In this document: one piece after another, positions 9,860 through 20,377 of the stretch | How positions within the stretch are numbered: the first letter of the stretch is position 1 | Layout: each line of letters begins with the position of its first letter | Notes under the pieces: generated by a model | Databases searched by the model: none | What the model saw: only the letters and a program-made list of their open reading frames with translations | What the model was told of the DNA's origin: nothing | Made by a program: the position numbers and the translations under genes | Virus record (IMG/VR): IMGVR_UViG_3300032118_003132 | Coordinates: 6,874 to 70,873 of that record | Source of the DNA: a virus | Strand: one strand, 5' to 3' | Length of the DNA stretch: 64,000 nt

Positions 9860-11482
9860 ATGGCAGACCAAAAATTAACCGCACTTGTAGATTTACCCAC
9901 TCCATCTTCGGACGATATTCTCTATATCGTAGATGCTCCTAGTGGAACACCAATTAGCAAAAAAGTGACGGTTGGAAATCTGTCCTTTGTTATGAATGGT
10001 TTTTATAATGTTAAATTCTATGGCGCACATTCTATAACTGAACCGGGATATGCGACATTTGATAGTTCAACGGCAATCCAGGCGGCGTTAAATGCGGCAT
10101 TTGCGGCAGGTGGCGGGCAAGTATATATTCCTAGAGGAAAATATCTCTTATCGTCTTCGTTAATGCTTAAGCGAGGGGTTTCTATTCATGGGATTTATCC
10201 CGGGATAACGCCTACCGATCCAGGCATTGACCATTGGGATAATGGCTGGCTGGTAAGTACAGGTTCAATTCTTACATATCCTGGTGGAATAGTATTTACC
10301 CATGATTTAACCGCGGGTTTTGGATTTGTTACAGCCGTGGATGGAATTGTTGTAGAGAAACTTGGATTTGATAATGTTGCTTCGATCATGACAGCGGGGG
10401 ATGCAAATAAAACGGGAATTTGTGGCTCTGTAATTCGTGATATATATGCTTCAAATGTGACTGGTGTGGCTTTTGATTTGACCAATTCCATGCATCTTCA
10501 TATGAGTAATATTAAGGCGGCTTTGGTCTATCAGTTGCTCCGAATCACTAATGCTCATGATAGTACTATTGGAGATAATCAACCTGGCAACAGTTATTTT
10601 GAAGATTTTTATGGATTTATTACTGCCGCCGGTCATGCACAACCCTCCATTCATATCCGTTCCTTGAATACTGGCGGCAATGGCACTAATATGAATTATC
10701 TATATTTCAATCGAATGCAAGTTAATCGTTTCTTATCTACTAATTTAACTGGAAATCATTTGCGCATTGAGGGTGATACTGCAACTCAATCTATTACATC
10801 ATGCAATTTCGATGGATTGGATTTTGAGGGTTATGCAGATAAACGCATATATATTAATAATGTCACCAAAACGAAATTGCAATTTGCGGGTAATGCATTA
10901 GCCAATGTAAATTCCGACCTTTACGTACGCAATTCTAATATAGAAGTGGACTGCCCCGATTCAGGAATGCTTTTAGATATGGATGGTACGGCAAGAGTAA
11001 TATGGAATGGATCAATGAAAAACGTCATGGGAGGAGGCAAATTCCCTTATGGCTTATGGTATGACCAAACATTGAATGAACCAAGGCTGGGACTTGATAA
11101 ATTTGGAATAGGAACAATTCATTCCGCGGGTAATGATGGTATTACAACAATGCCAATCATGTATATGGATTTTCCATCGGGGGGTGATGTGCGACAAAGG
11201 GTAATAAACTGGGGAGGAGATGTGGTACTCATAAACTGTTATTTGGGATGCAACACATTATCCTTAAATAACGACCAAGCTGTTACCTTACCAGACGCGG
11301 CATTGTGCAAGGGTCAATCCACGACATTTAAAAAGATCGGTACACCAGGAACCGTAACTATAACCGGACACAATGGTCAGCATATTGATGGTGCAGATAC
11401 AAATATCTGGCTGGATACTCAATATAAATATATTACACTTCAATCGGATGGAGCGAATTGGCTCATAATATCAAAGGGATAA
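9860..11482 (+). CDS. Tailspike/fibre-like protein with pectate-lyase-3-type beta-helix
   Basis: NVKFYGA...DSSTAIQAALNAA...GGGQVYIPRGKY. C-terminal VTLP...IDG....L.SDG.NW fibre module. Confidence 0.75.
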   Translation: MADQKLTALVDLPTPSSDDILYIVDAPSGTPISKKVTVGNLSFVMNGFYNVKFYGAHSITEPGYATFDSSTAIQAALNAAFAAGGGQVYIPRGKYLLSSSLMLKRGVSIHGIYPGITPTDPGIDHWDNGWLVSTGSILTYPGGIVFTHDLTAGFGFVTAVDGIVVEKLGFDNVASIMTAGDANKTGICGSVIRDIYASNVTGVAFDLTNSMHLHMSNIKAALVYQLLRITNAHDSTIGDNQPGNSYFEDFYGFITAAGHAQPSIHIRSLNTGGNGTNMNYLYFNRMQVNRFLSTNLTGNHLRIEGDTATQSITSCNFDGLDFEGYADKRIYINNVTKTKLQFAGNALANVNSDLYVRNSNIEVDCPDSGMLLDMDGTARVIWNGSMKNVMGGGKFPYGLWYDQTLNEPRLGLDKFGIGTIHSAGNDGITTMPIMYMDFPSGGDVRQRVINWGGDVVLINCYLGCNTLSLNNDQAVTLPDAALCKGQSTTFKKIGTPGTVTITGHNGQHIDGADTNIWLDTQYKYITLQSDGANWLIISKG

Positions 11483-11539
11483 GAAACTAAACGATAGAAT
11501 ATTGTGGTTCAGATATTAGCGAGATTATAAGGTGGCGTA

Positions 11540-11911
11540 ATGTTCCAGCGCATTTTGCAGTGGATTAGGGAGCAATTGATACATAACCGCAATAATGGTA
11601 TAGGATTAAGATTGTGTTTTATCCGTTTTGGTAAAATTCCATCTTCAGGAAGATCTATGAATTATTTGATGAAAAAATCAGAGATGGGAATTTCGGTATA
11701 TGAAGCCATAGAAAGAAATGGCAATTATATGATCCTTATGCCCTCTTTGACTGGTTCGGCTTGTGTGACATTATCTGGAGAATTAGACAATCCGATGTAT
11801 GAGGTCTGTGGACAAATTGTTGGTATTGGAAGTGATGGGGAACCTTTACTTTCAAATTGTAGAATAATAAAAGAAATCATTCAAGTAAGAGATTCTCAGG
11901 GCTGGACATAA
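11540..11911 (+). CDS. Hypothetical protein whose first ~11 residues resemble a portal N-terminus
   Basis: MFQRILQWIRE start. The remainder has E.G.SVYEA and G.GSDGEPLL motifs. Confidence 0.5.
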   Translation: MFQRILQWIREQLIHNRNNGIGLRLCFIRFGKIPSSGRSMNYLMKKSEMGISVYEAIERNGNYMILMPSLTGSACVTLSGELDNPMYEVCGQIVGIGSDGEPLLSNCRIIKEIIQVRDSQGWT

Positions 11912-11912
11912 T

Positions 11913-12011
11913 ATGTTTGTTAAAATTCTCCAGTGGATACGTGAGGTAATAAATAAAATGATCGGACAAACTTCTGTTAAGGATGCATTGAAAATATATG
12001 TTGCTAGATAA
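11913..12011 (+). pseudogene. 32-codon relic resembling the N-terminus of an A118-type portal
   Basis: MFVKILQWIREVINKMIGQTSVKDALKIYVAR*, sharing ILQWIRE with 11540. Confidence 0.45.
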
Positions 12012-12651
12012 TATTATTGTTGCAAAGCAACTCCCAATAGATGAGGCTTCTAGGCAGAGACTTATAGATATTCGTACTTCTATCTTTAATAATGATGTGG
12101 AGAATCTGGCTGAGCGAGTGTTCACTGGGGAGGTATCGGTAGGGCAATTTGAGGAATCTATGAAAAAGTTAATCCGAGAATTGCACACTGCAAATGCTGC
12201 AATAGGCAAGGGTGGTTGGAATGAGATGACCTGGCAGGACTGGGGACGATTAGGTCCTATTATGAAAGAGCAATATAGATATTTACATGGTTTCTCTGAG
12301 TACATTGCAGATAATAAAGACACTATGTCTATAGAGTACCTAAAGGCACGTTCTAGGATGTATGGGAATGCTTCAAGTCAAGTTATATCTATGATGACTG
12401 CTGGATTTGAAGTTTCTAATAAATTGCCATGGTTACCAGGTGATCCTAGCACACGATGTCAAGGAAACTGTCTCTGTAGATGGGAGTTAAATATTATTGG
12501 AAAGTCTGGAGAGTTTAATATTGTTAAAGCGGTGTGGAGATTAAGTCCTGCCGAACATTGTGAGACGTGTTTAGGTAGGAATGGATATGAAGTCACATTT
12601 AAATTATATCAAACAATTGAAGTTCCTAAAATTATAGGACATAATCCATGA
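11998..12651 (+). CDS. Head morphogenesis / minor capsid protein (Mu gpF-like)
   Basis: QYRYLHGF, R.RMYG, LP.PGD..C..NC.C.W, W.L..AEHC..C. Confidence 0.65.
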   Translation: MLLDNIIVAKQLPIDEASRQRLIDIRTSIFNNDVENLAERVFTGEVSVGQFEESMKKLIRELHTANAAIGKGGWNEMTWQDWGRLGPIMKEQYRYLHGFSEYIADNKDTMSIEYLKARSRMYGNASSQVISMMTAGFEVSNKLPWLPGDPSTRCQGNCLCRWELNIIGKSGEFNIVKAVWRLSPAEHCETCLGRNGYEVTFKLYQTIEVPKIIGHNP

Positions 12652-13385
12652 TCATTTCGTATACCATACTTCATTATGGGAAAGAATGGTTGAAGTGGTC
12701 AATTCGCTCAGTCATAGACCAAGTCGATGAGGCACATATATTTTATACTCCTTATCCTTCGCACGGGCATGAAACAGATGCCATTAATCCAGAGACTAAA
12801 GAGCAATTATATGCCGAGGTATCCGATTATCTAAATAATGGTCTGTTTTGGCATGATTGTAATGATATGTTTCCTAATGAGATATGGCAGCGGAAATTTG
12901 CATTTGACTCATGTGTTCAGAGAGGTGCCGATACAATATTGGTTGTGGATGCAGATGAGATCTGGGATCCAGAGGTGCTTCGATTAGCACTCTTTGATTG
13001 TCAAAGAATTGAGGCGAACTATTTCAGGATCAACATGGCTCACTTTTGGAGATCTCTCAAATGGGTATGCTATGATGGTGCTATGCCTGGTCGCATAATA
13101 AGACCTAATATGCCACAATCAGAGAATTATTTGCCAGGTAGAGTGTTTCACACTGGATACGCTCAAACGCCAGAAATTATTAAATACAAAATGCAGATAC
13201 ATGGGCATAGTAATGAGATAATTCCTGGATGGTATGAGAATAAATTCTTGCCTTGGCAACCTGGTATGGGGGATGTTCATCCTGTTGACCATGATTATTG
13301 GAATCCAATACCATATATTGACAATGGAACTTTAGAGAGACTTGTGGGAGATCATAAATTTTGGAATATAGAGATGATAATATGA
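12648..13385 (+). CDS. GT-A fold (GT2-like) glycosyltransferase
   Basis: SIRSVIDQVDE, ILVVDADEIW (DxD), FHTGY. Confidence 0.75.
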   Translation: MIISYTILHYGKEWLKWSIRSVIDQVDEAHIFYTPYPSHGHETDAINPETKEQLYAEVSDYLNNGLFWHDCNDMFPNEIWQRKFAFDSCVQRGADTILVVDADEIWDPEVLRLALFDCQRIEANYFRINMAHFWRSLKWVCYDGAMPGRIIRPNMPQSENYLPGRVFHTGYAQTPEIIKYKMQIHGHSNEIIPGWYENKFLPWQPGMGDVHPVDHDYWNPIPYIDNGTLERLVGDHKFWNIEMII

Positions 13386-13978
13386 TAACTATCAAGAAAC
13401 TCATAGAGATTTCCAAAAGGATTATGGATGAGCCAATAGGTTTGGGAGATCCACAATTGGCTGCTCGTTGGGAAACCTTTCATCCTTATTATAGATTTTT
13501 ACATGCTGTGATGAAAGAGTTTAGGATGAAAGTTGCAGTCGAATGTGGGGTACAGAGAGGTGTTGCTACCGAACATATGATACTCTCATCCGAGGATAGT
13601 TTCATCATTGGTATAGATAGAGATTTCCATCCTGAGTATTTGGGAGTATATGAGCGTCATCCAAAAAATGTTGTTTTTCTGTGTGCAGATACCACTGCAT
13701 CTGGCAATAGAGTTAGGGAATTGTTGGAGGGTAGAACTATCGACTTACTTTTCATAGATTCCGACCATGATGGCATAACTCCTACCAAGGAGTTCGAGCA
13801 ATTCTCACCGATGTTCTCGGATGTTGCAGTGGTGTGCTGTGATGATACAGGATATGGAGAGGGGATGCAGATATTTTGGAAATGGCTGCCTGGTGAGAAA
13901 GTTGAATTGAATGATCTACATTGTTGGCAACTTGGTGGCGCACCGACAGGGTTTGGGGTATCAGTGGTTCGTCGTTGA
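13382..13978 (+). CDS. Class I SAM methyltransferase (Methyltransf_24-like)
   Basis: VECGVQRG, IGID, IDLLFIDSDH, CDD. Confidence 0.8.
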   Translation: MITIKKLIEISKRIMDEPIGLGDPQLAARWETFHPYYRFLHAVMKEFRMKVAVECGVQRGVATEHMILSSEDSFIIGIDRDFHPEYLGVYERHPKNVVFLCADTTASGNRVRELLEGRTIDLLFIDSDHDGITPTKEFEQFSPMFSDVAVVCCDDTGYGEGMQIFWKWLPGEKVELNDLHCWQLGGAPTGFGVSVVRR

Positions 13979-13992
13979 TATATAGGAGATAA

Positions 13993-14781
13993 ATGAATAT
14001 AACTTATTGCACCTATTATGACCATATTATAAGAGGTGGTTATTATCCAGAACTTGTTGTTGAGAATTGGAATAATTGTACCAAACGTCTCATCACTTGT
14101 GCCAATGGACAATATGATGTGCTTAGAGATATGAAACTTGATGCCGAGATAATTGGCATAGGAATTGATATCAATATTCCCTCGGATATTCCCAGAGCAT
14201 TCAATAGGACTTTGGATATAGGTTTTGATTTGGGAGCAGATGTGGTTGTGTTTATACATGGGGATATGTACTTAACAGATAGAGGGGATGAGCATTTATT
14301 TCGCATGATAAATAATAATCCTAATCCACTAGGTAGTATGTATGGTATGGGTGTGCAATTATATGCTTGGCAATATAATCATCCATTTCAGCTTACGATC
14401 TCATCAAGAGATCCCGAGAGACGAGCCATTGTAGATCCTAAAGGGGATGGTGAGAACATGATTAGAGGTGGTGGCTCCTGGACTGAAGATATAACTATGC
14501 TCTTGGATATAGGATACTATAACTCATTTCAATATTATACCAGACTTAAGAGTCACGTGAATGTGTGGGGACATGAGGGTTGGAAGGATGAAGTAATCAA
14601 ATTATATGAGAGTGGAGAGAAGAGACAGGCAATTGCTAGAGCATATAAGGAGATAAGAGCATGGGCAAGGAAACCTTTGGAGCCAGCAAATATGGAGCCA
14701 TATAGGAACCTGATGGATAGGTTTGACTTATGGGAAGATCATAAGTTCTGTTTAGATATATTAAAGGATTATTTAATATAA
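13993..14781 (+). CDS. Glycosyltransferase-like protein
   Basis: AFNR.L..G...GADVVVFIHGD is a GT-A-like nucleotide-sugar motif. Context supports it. Confidence 0.55.
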   Translation: MNITYCTYYDHIIRGGYYPELVVENWNNCTKRLITCANGQYDVLRDMKLDAEIIGIGIDINIPSDIPRAFNRTLDIGFDLGADVVVFIHGDMYLTDRGDEHLFRMINNNPNPLGSMYGMGVQLYAWQYNHPFQLTISSRDPERRAIVDPKGDGENMIRGGGSWTEDITMLLDIGYYNSFQYYTRLKSHVNVWGHEGWKDEVIKLYESGEKRQAIARAYKEIRAWARKPLEPANMEPYRNLMDRFDLWEDHKFCLDILKDYLI

Positions 14782-14793
14782 ATGATAATTGGA

Positions 14794-14818
14794 GTATATA
14801 TTGTTAGGAGTAGATATG
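14794..14818 (+). promoter_or_regulatory. Late-promoter/RBS motif GTATATATTnTTAGGAGTAnATATG, copy 1
   Basis: 23/25 identical to 53259-53283. Confidence 0.55.
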
Positions 14819-16246
14819 CCATATTCTTCGATAAGTGAAGCACGTATAAAAAAGCTCAATGGTACATCGTTGACGCTTACACAGATCAATAGTATTGCTT
14901 CTATGGCTGATGCCATAGGTGGGGAATATGGGTGGCCTACAGCGATCAGCAAATTCAAAAAGTCTCATCATGTAGAGGGTGGTGCATGGGTAAAGAATGC
15001 AGAAGAAAAGGAATTCTCTGAATTCATTATTTCCAAAGAAGACGATAAGTGGAAGATTGTTGCTATCTCTACTGCTGCGTTCAAAGATCAGGATGATGAG
15101 ACATTTACAACTCAGTGTATAGATTATGACGCTGCTGCTGCAAAACAATATGATGATTATCCGGAATTCCGCATGTTCCATAAAAAGTGGCTTGCGTTTG
15201 GAAAAGTCACCAAGATGCGAAGAGTTGGTCCTTTTGCCGTCGATGAGGGTTATGCTTATGATGATGAGTTCTCAAAAGAGGTTTGTGAGAATGTTCTCTC
15301 AACCAATGATGGCAAATGGCGTGTAAGCAGAGGTTTCTATGTTAAGGAGGTTTCAGGTGGATGTCCCACCTGTAGCACACAATTGCTTCTACAACAGAAG
15401 CATATGATTGCTGGTTTCAGGTGTCCAACCTGTAAATCTGTTCACTTAAGCAAGGGAGTGCTGAAAGATAGGCACTTTCTTAAAGCCAGAACTTTCGACG
15501 TGACGGTCACAGACATCCCCTGTGTACCTTATACGGGAGTCGGCGCATATAAAGAGAACATTGTGATGGAGGATTTTGTCATGAATAAGAAAGAATTACG
15601 CAAGAAACTACTTGAAGCTGGTCTCGATGAGGCAGTCGTTGATGAAAGACTCAAGGACGTAACCGATGTCCAGCTGAAAGAAATGTCCGACTTGCCAGAT
15701 GCAGAGGTTCTGAAGGAGTTCACCGAGGAAGAAGAGGAAGAGGAAGAGAAAAAGGAGAAGTCAGAACCTGAAGAATCCGATGAACAGACCTTTGTCTTGG
15801 ACGATGCCGTTCTGGAGTCCTTTGCCAAAATCGTCAAGAAAGAAGTTGCCGAGCAGTTGACAGAGCAATTAGCCAATATGGAAGTACAGGTTGCTGACCT
15901 GAATGGGTTCGATATTGACCTGAAAGAACTTCCTCAGTTGGCAGAACTCTTAACTGAGGTCAAGGGTTTGTCCAGTAAAATCGACAAGTTGTTAACGATC
16001 GATAAGGAACGTGTCGAGAAGATGCTTGGTGAGATGCCTCGCAATGGCAAGTTACGAATTCGTCGCTTCAAGTCTCAGAAAGAGGATGAGGAAGATGCCG
16101 ATGAAGAGGATGCTACCGATGAGGACGGCAATCCTATCCCTGAGAAGATTTCCAAACAACGTCTTGAAGAAGGCATTGTCATGGGTCCAGAGGGCGATGT
16201 TGCCCGCTCACTGACTGAGTTTGTATTTGGCAGCGGAGGTAAATAA
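14816..16246 (+). CDS. Prohead protease / scaffold protein
   Basis: Directly precedes the MCP. N-half has D..DE.F, FRMFH, SRGF and a Zn ribbon; C-half is an acidic coiled coil. Internal GGAGG+ATG at 15581. Confidence 0.7.
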   Translation: MPYSSISEARIKKLNGTSLTLTQINSIASMADAIGGEYGWPTAISKFKKSHHVEGGAWVKNAEEKEFSEFIISKEDDKWKIVAISTAAFKDQDDETFTTQCIDYDAAAAKQYDDYPEFRMFHKKWLAFGKVTKMRRVGPFAVDEGYAYDDEFSKEVCENVLSTNDGKWRVSRGFYVKEVSGGCPTCSTQLLLQQKHMIAGFRCPTCKSVHLSKGVLKDRHFLKARTFDVTVTDIPCVPYTGVGAYKENIVMEDFVMNKKELRKKLLEAGLDEAVVDERLKDVTDVQLKEMSDLPDAEVLKEFTEEEEEEEEKKEKSEPEESDEQTFVLDDAVLESFAKIVKKEVAEQLTEQLANMEVQVADLNGFDIDLKELPQLAELLTEVKGLSSKIDKLLTIDKERVEKMLGEMPRNGKLRIRRFKSQKEDEEDADEEDATDEDGNPIPEKISKQRLEEGIVMGPEGDVARSLTEFVFGSGGK

Positions 16247-16248
16247 GC

Positions 16249-17769
16249 ATGAAGACACGCTTTGATAGTCATAAAGTAAAAAAGACAGATATGGAAATGC
16301 TCGGTGACTCGATTGGTCAGTCAGTCGGACGTGCCATATTTGGATATCAAAATGCTTCTCGACCAAGTGCATTTGCCCCGATGTATAAAGAGACATTTGG
16401 CATTCATGCTCCGGCGACAAGCATTTACGGTCGTAATTCCATCTTTGACTGCTGCTCACCAGGTGATGTGTTCGGTTTGCAGGTTTCTACCAATGGTCTG
16501 ATGCAGTGGCTGGGATGGAGACCTAATCGGTTCTATCGTCGCCGAGTGGACTTTATCCCGTGGTATGGTCCAGAAGGCACTCACGAGGGAAGCCCTGGAA
16601 CTGGTGCAAATAGCCCTTGCGATACTCCTGATGGTTGGGAATATGCGGTCTGTGGTTATGATCTGTGCCACAAGTCCTGGTATTCCATCGCAAGTGAGGG
16701 TCTAGATCCTCATACAATCGTGCAAGATCGTTGTGAGACTTCTCCAAGATTCCGCTTGAATGGCATTATGATTGCGGATGACGTCGAGTGGCAGATGAAC
16801 GGCATCATGAACGTTCTGGCACAACAGATCCGACGTGCACAGGTTCATGGTTCCCACGACAATGCCAATGAGATGAATGGTCTGGAAAGTCTAGTCCGTG
16901 CCGGTTACGTCAATGATGATGGCACTACTTGTCCGTTTGTCGACTCGATCATGGTAGATTGGGATAATGATGATCTGGATGGTGTAGATAATGGATTTGG
17001 AAATTTCTTCGACTATCTGGATGAGGTCGTAACGGATATAGAATATCGTGCTCAAGATCTGGGCGGTATTGCCGAGACAGATATGATTCTATTAACTTCT
17101 CGCTTCATGGCGACCTGTCTGCTGGATGCATATGCTTGTTATACTACTTGTGGTCGCAATAACATTGTGGATGGTAGTTGGACAGGTGATGCTGGTGTTA
17201 CAGAGGCTGCTATGCGTGCTCAACAGAGAGCTGCTCGTATGGCTCTTAATGGTGGTCCGTTGTATGATGGCACCCGAGCGGTTGGGTTCTTGAACCTGAA
17301 AAGTGGTCGTCGCATCCCGATTATTGTTGAGGATGTTTTGGACATAGGCAGTCATGCAGCCACTTATTGCACCGATATTTACCTGCTCACACGCCAGATT
17401 GGTTCATTGGGTGTGCTATATGGCGAGTATCTGGACATGCGGGACTATGAGTCCAGAGTTAAGAAACAGATGCCTACATTCAGTGTTCGCACCGATGCTG
17501 GTGGACGTTTCGCAATGAAGGGCAAAGAAGACAACTTCTGCCTGAGTTTGGAAATGGGAACCTCACCGGAAATCTACCTGGCTGCACCATGGGCACAGGC
17601 AAGATTCTCGGATGTCTGCTGTGGTCGCAAACGCAAGCCACTAGTAGGTGATCCATTCCAACCTGGGTTTATGCCTGGAGGATATCCACTCCATGTAGCA
17701 ACTAAAGAACCTGGTTGTGATGAGTGCTATGAGGGTGAAGGTCCTGTAGCTTTAAGAATTCAGGATTAG
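16249..17769 (+). CDS. Major capsid protein
   Basis: 506 aa after protease/scaffold, G.......GL..L HK97-like segment, distinct codon usage, followed by a strong hairpin. Confidence 0.75.
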   Translation: MKTRFDSHKVKKTDMEMLGDSIGQSVGRAIFGYQNASRPSAFAPMYKETFGIHAPATSIYGRNSIFDCCSPGDVFGLQVSTNGLMQWLGWRPNRFYRRRVDFIPWYGPEGTHEGSPGTGANSPCDTPDGWEYAVCGYDLCHKSWYSIASEGLDPHTIVQDRCETSPRFRLNGIMIADDVEWQMNGIMNVLAQQIRRAQVHGSHDNANEMNGLESLVRAGYVNDDGTTCPFVDSIMVDWDNDDLDGVDNGFGNFFDYLDEVVTDIEYRAQDLGGIAETDMILLTSRFMATCLLDAYACYTTCGRNNIVDGSWTGDAGVTEAAMRAQQRAARMALNGGPLYDGTRAVGFLNLKSGRRIPIIVEDVLDIGSHAATYCTDIYLLTRQIGSLGVLYGEYLDMRDYESRVKKQMPTFSVRTDAGGRFAMKGKEDNFCLSLEMGTSPEIYLAAPWAQARFSDVCCGRKRKPLVGDPFQPGFMPGGYPLHVATKEPGCDECYEGEGPVALRIQD

Positions 17770-17792
17770 TCATTTTCTCCCCTCCTGAGTAC

Positions 17793-17828
17793 GCTGGAGA
17801 GGACCAATCCTCCTCTCCAGCATGTTTA
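17793..17828 (+). terminator. Hairpin after the MCP gene
   Basis: GCTGGAGAGGA / TCCTCTCCAGC 11-bp stem with a short T tract. Confidence 0.65.
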
Positions 17829-17841
17829 TAAGATTTAATTA

Positions 17842-18681
17842 ATGGAAATCGTATTTGTCCGTACTCGTTATCATTACGATAGTTATATTGATTTTTGGAA
17901 GTTAGTTGAGTTATCTGGTTTCCCCACTTGTTACACCGATGAAGTGAATATTCATAAGAATGTGACTTATCTGGTCTCTCCCTATAATGGTGAATGGCGA
18001 CCAATCATTGATGCCAAGAATACTTTCCGAAAAGCCAGACTATTCATGTTGAATCTGGAGCGACCAGGGGGCAGTGGATCGCTAGAGAAATACATCTCAG
18101 ATAATAATGAGCACATACAACTCAGATACTTTGACAATATATTCGTTGTAGATAAGGAATTATCTAGGTTATCTGGGTTTCCCTATATGATGATAGGTGG
18201 ACACGAAGGATTTGGTTCAATTGGAAATCGTTTCAATAAGGTCTATGATATCATAACATTATCTTGTTATAGTCCAGCAAGAGCCTGGATGTTCGACAAT
18301 TCTCAATATAAGTTGCATAGCCATCTAGGTGGGATGAAGATGGCTCCTAATGCTCCAATTGGAGACCTAAGGGATATCCTGTTGAAATCAAGTAAGGCTA
18401 TACTAAATGTGCATCAGGACAATTTTAATTTTATTGAGCCTCTGCGTTTTATTATTGCTATAATGTATGGTCTTCCTATCTTTACTGAGGAATGTGATAT
18501 TAGTAATTATCCATCATGCCACAAGTTTAGTAAATTTAGTGAGTATTCACATATGATTAAGGATTTATTGGATAATGATTATAATCGATTATATGATGAA
18601 GCAATACAAGCCAGAGTCTTATTTACTACTGAATATACATTTCGTAATATGATCTTGAGAGCTATTAATGGAAAAAATTAG
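17842..18681 (+). CDS. Glycosyltransferase-like (GT-B, Glyco_trans_1_2-like C-half)
   Basis: SKAILNVH...EPLRF..A...GLPIFTE. Confidence 0.65.
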   Translation: MEIVFVRTRYHYDSYIDFWKLVELSGFPTCYTDEVNIHKNVTYLVSPYNGEWRPIIDAKNTFRKARLFMLNLERPGGSGSLEKYISDNNEHIQLRYFDNIFVVDKELSRLSGFPYMMIGGHEGFGSIGNRFNKVYDIITLSCYSPARAWMFDNSQYKLHSHLGGMKMAPNAPIGDLRDILLKSSKAILNVHQDNFNFIEPLRFIIAIMYGLPIFTEECDISNYPSCHKFSKFSEYSHMIKDLLDNDYNRLYDEAIQARVLFTTEYTFRNMILRAINGKN

Positions 18682-20377
18682 ACCGCTGATTTCTGTTGTA
18701 TCTGGTACATATAATCGTCTGCCATATTTACAACAGATGGTTAATTCTGTGCAAAGTTCGATATTTAATCTATTGTATGAAATAATAATCATCGATGGTG
18801 GTTCATCTGATGGTACTCAGTTATGGTGTGCTGAGCAATCTGATATTCGATTAATTTCGCATGGCAGATTGCTAGGTGCAGTAAAAGCCTTCAACGATGG
18901 TGCCTATGCAGCGATAGGGAAATACGTTGTCTTAGCGAATGATGACATAATATTTAATGATGAATCTTTGTTAGCTGCTTACTCGTTCATGGAGGACAAT
19001 CCCACTATAGGTATCGGATGTTTTTACCAGGATAGAAGTCAGAAACATTGGCATGTAGACAGAATGTCAGCAGTTAATCCAGATGGTAGCATGGGGTGGG
19101 TATATTATGGTCAAGTATGCATTGTGCCTCGTGAGTTGGGGAATGAGGTAGGGTGGTGGCAAACTTATTTGCGTACGTATGGCGGTGACAACGAGATGAG
19201 CTGCAATATTTTGGAGTTGGGTTATAAAGTGGAGCCAATACCATGTGCTTGCATTAATGACCTGGAACCTATGGATGAATTAAGAACAATTAATCAACAA
19301 AATCTGAAAAAGCATCCGGATTCTACTATTTGGGGGATAAAGTGGACTAGGGATAAGAAGTTAGGTCCAAGGTTACCTGAAGTATGGAAATCCAGAGTAT
19401 ATACTAAGGAATTGCGTATATTATATGCTCCAATATATGAACAGGGTTATCAGGTTCAAAAGATACAAAAACGTGGTTTGAGAGTGGCTTTGGAGAGAGT
19501 GGCTTCAGTTGTGGAGATAGATTGGGTATCTGCCTCTTTGGATTATGTTCATGATGTGGCATTATCATTTAAACCTAATATATTCTTATTGCAGATACAT
19601 AATCCTGATAATATAGATGCTATAGATGCAATTAGAAAAGAGTTTCCAGAATCCATATTGATAAATTGGAATGGTGATTATCATCCTGAGATGCTATTTA
19701 GTCAGAGATATATAGATTATTTGAAATCATTTGATCTTACAGGATTGGTTACAACATCAGTCAATGATATCTATGACAAACAAAGAATTAATCATTTTTA
19801 TTGGCAGATAGGTTATGAGGATTCTGATGCTACTCCAGATTTTCATACACCTGAGCATGATGTATTATTTTTAGGAAACTCATATACATTAGAGCGGAAT
19901 ACTTTTGGCAGATTTCTTCGAGGATTACCATATAATGTTGGATTATATGGTAATTGGGCACAAGAATTGAAACCTAATGGTAATACTCTATATAATTTCG
20001 ATGAGGGAGCAAAGTTATATAGAGCATGTAAGATAGCAGTTAGTGATAGTCAATGGCCACAAGCCACAGGGTTTGTATCTAATAGATTGTTTCAGGCTAT
20101 GGCTGCTGGAGCTTTTATGTTGCAGCAACATTTTGATGGTATGGGGGAATTGTTAGGACTTGAAGATGGTGTTCATTTGGTAACTTGGAAATCTTTGTCG
20201 GAGTTATATGATAAGATAAAATATTATTTAGATAATTCAGGAAAGAGAACTCATATAGCTAAGACAGGACATAAATATATATTGGAACATCATTCATTTG
20301 ATTCTAGGGTTAAGGAATTGTTATATGAACTTAAGCAACGTGGTCGTGATTATACCAGTGTATATAACCACCGATGA
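18668..20377 (+). CDS. Bifunctional glycosyltransferase (GT2 + GT-B/Glyco_trans_1_2)
   Basis: ISVV.GTYNR, IIIDGGSSDGT, ANDD. C-half has DVLFLG, SNRLFQAMAAGAF, HSFDSRV. Confidence 0.85.
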   Translation: MEKIRPLISVVSGTYNRLPYLQQMVNSVQSSIFNLLYEIIIIDGGSSDGTQLWCAEQSDIRLISHGRLLGAVKAFNDGAYAAIGKYVVLANDDIIFNDESLLAAYSFMEDNPTIGIGCFYQDRSQKHWHVDRMSAVNPDGSMGWVYYGQVCIVPRELGNEVGWWQTYLRTYGGDNEMSCNILELGYKVEPIPCACINDLEPMDELRTINQQNLKKHPDSTIWGIKWTRDKKLGPRLPEVWKSRVYTKELRILYAPIYEQGYQVQKIQKRGLRVALERVASVVEIDWVSASLDYVHDVALSFKPNIFLLQIHNPDNIDAIDAIRKEFPESILINWNGDYHPEMLFSQRYIDYLKSFDLTGLVTTSVNDIYDKQRINHFYWQIGYEDSDATPDFHTPEHDVLFLGNSYTLERNTFGRFLRGLPYNVGLYGNWAQELKPNGNTLYNFDEGAKLYRACKIAVSDSQWPQATGFVSNRLFQAMAAGAFMLQQHFDGMGELLGLEDGVHLVTWKSLSELYDKIKYYLDNSGKRTHIAKTGHKYILEHHSFDSRVKELLYELKQRGRDYTSVYNHR

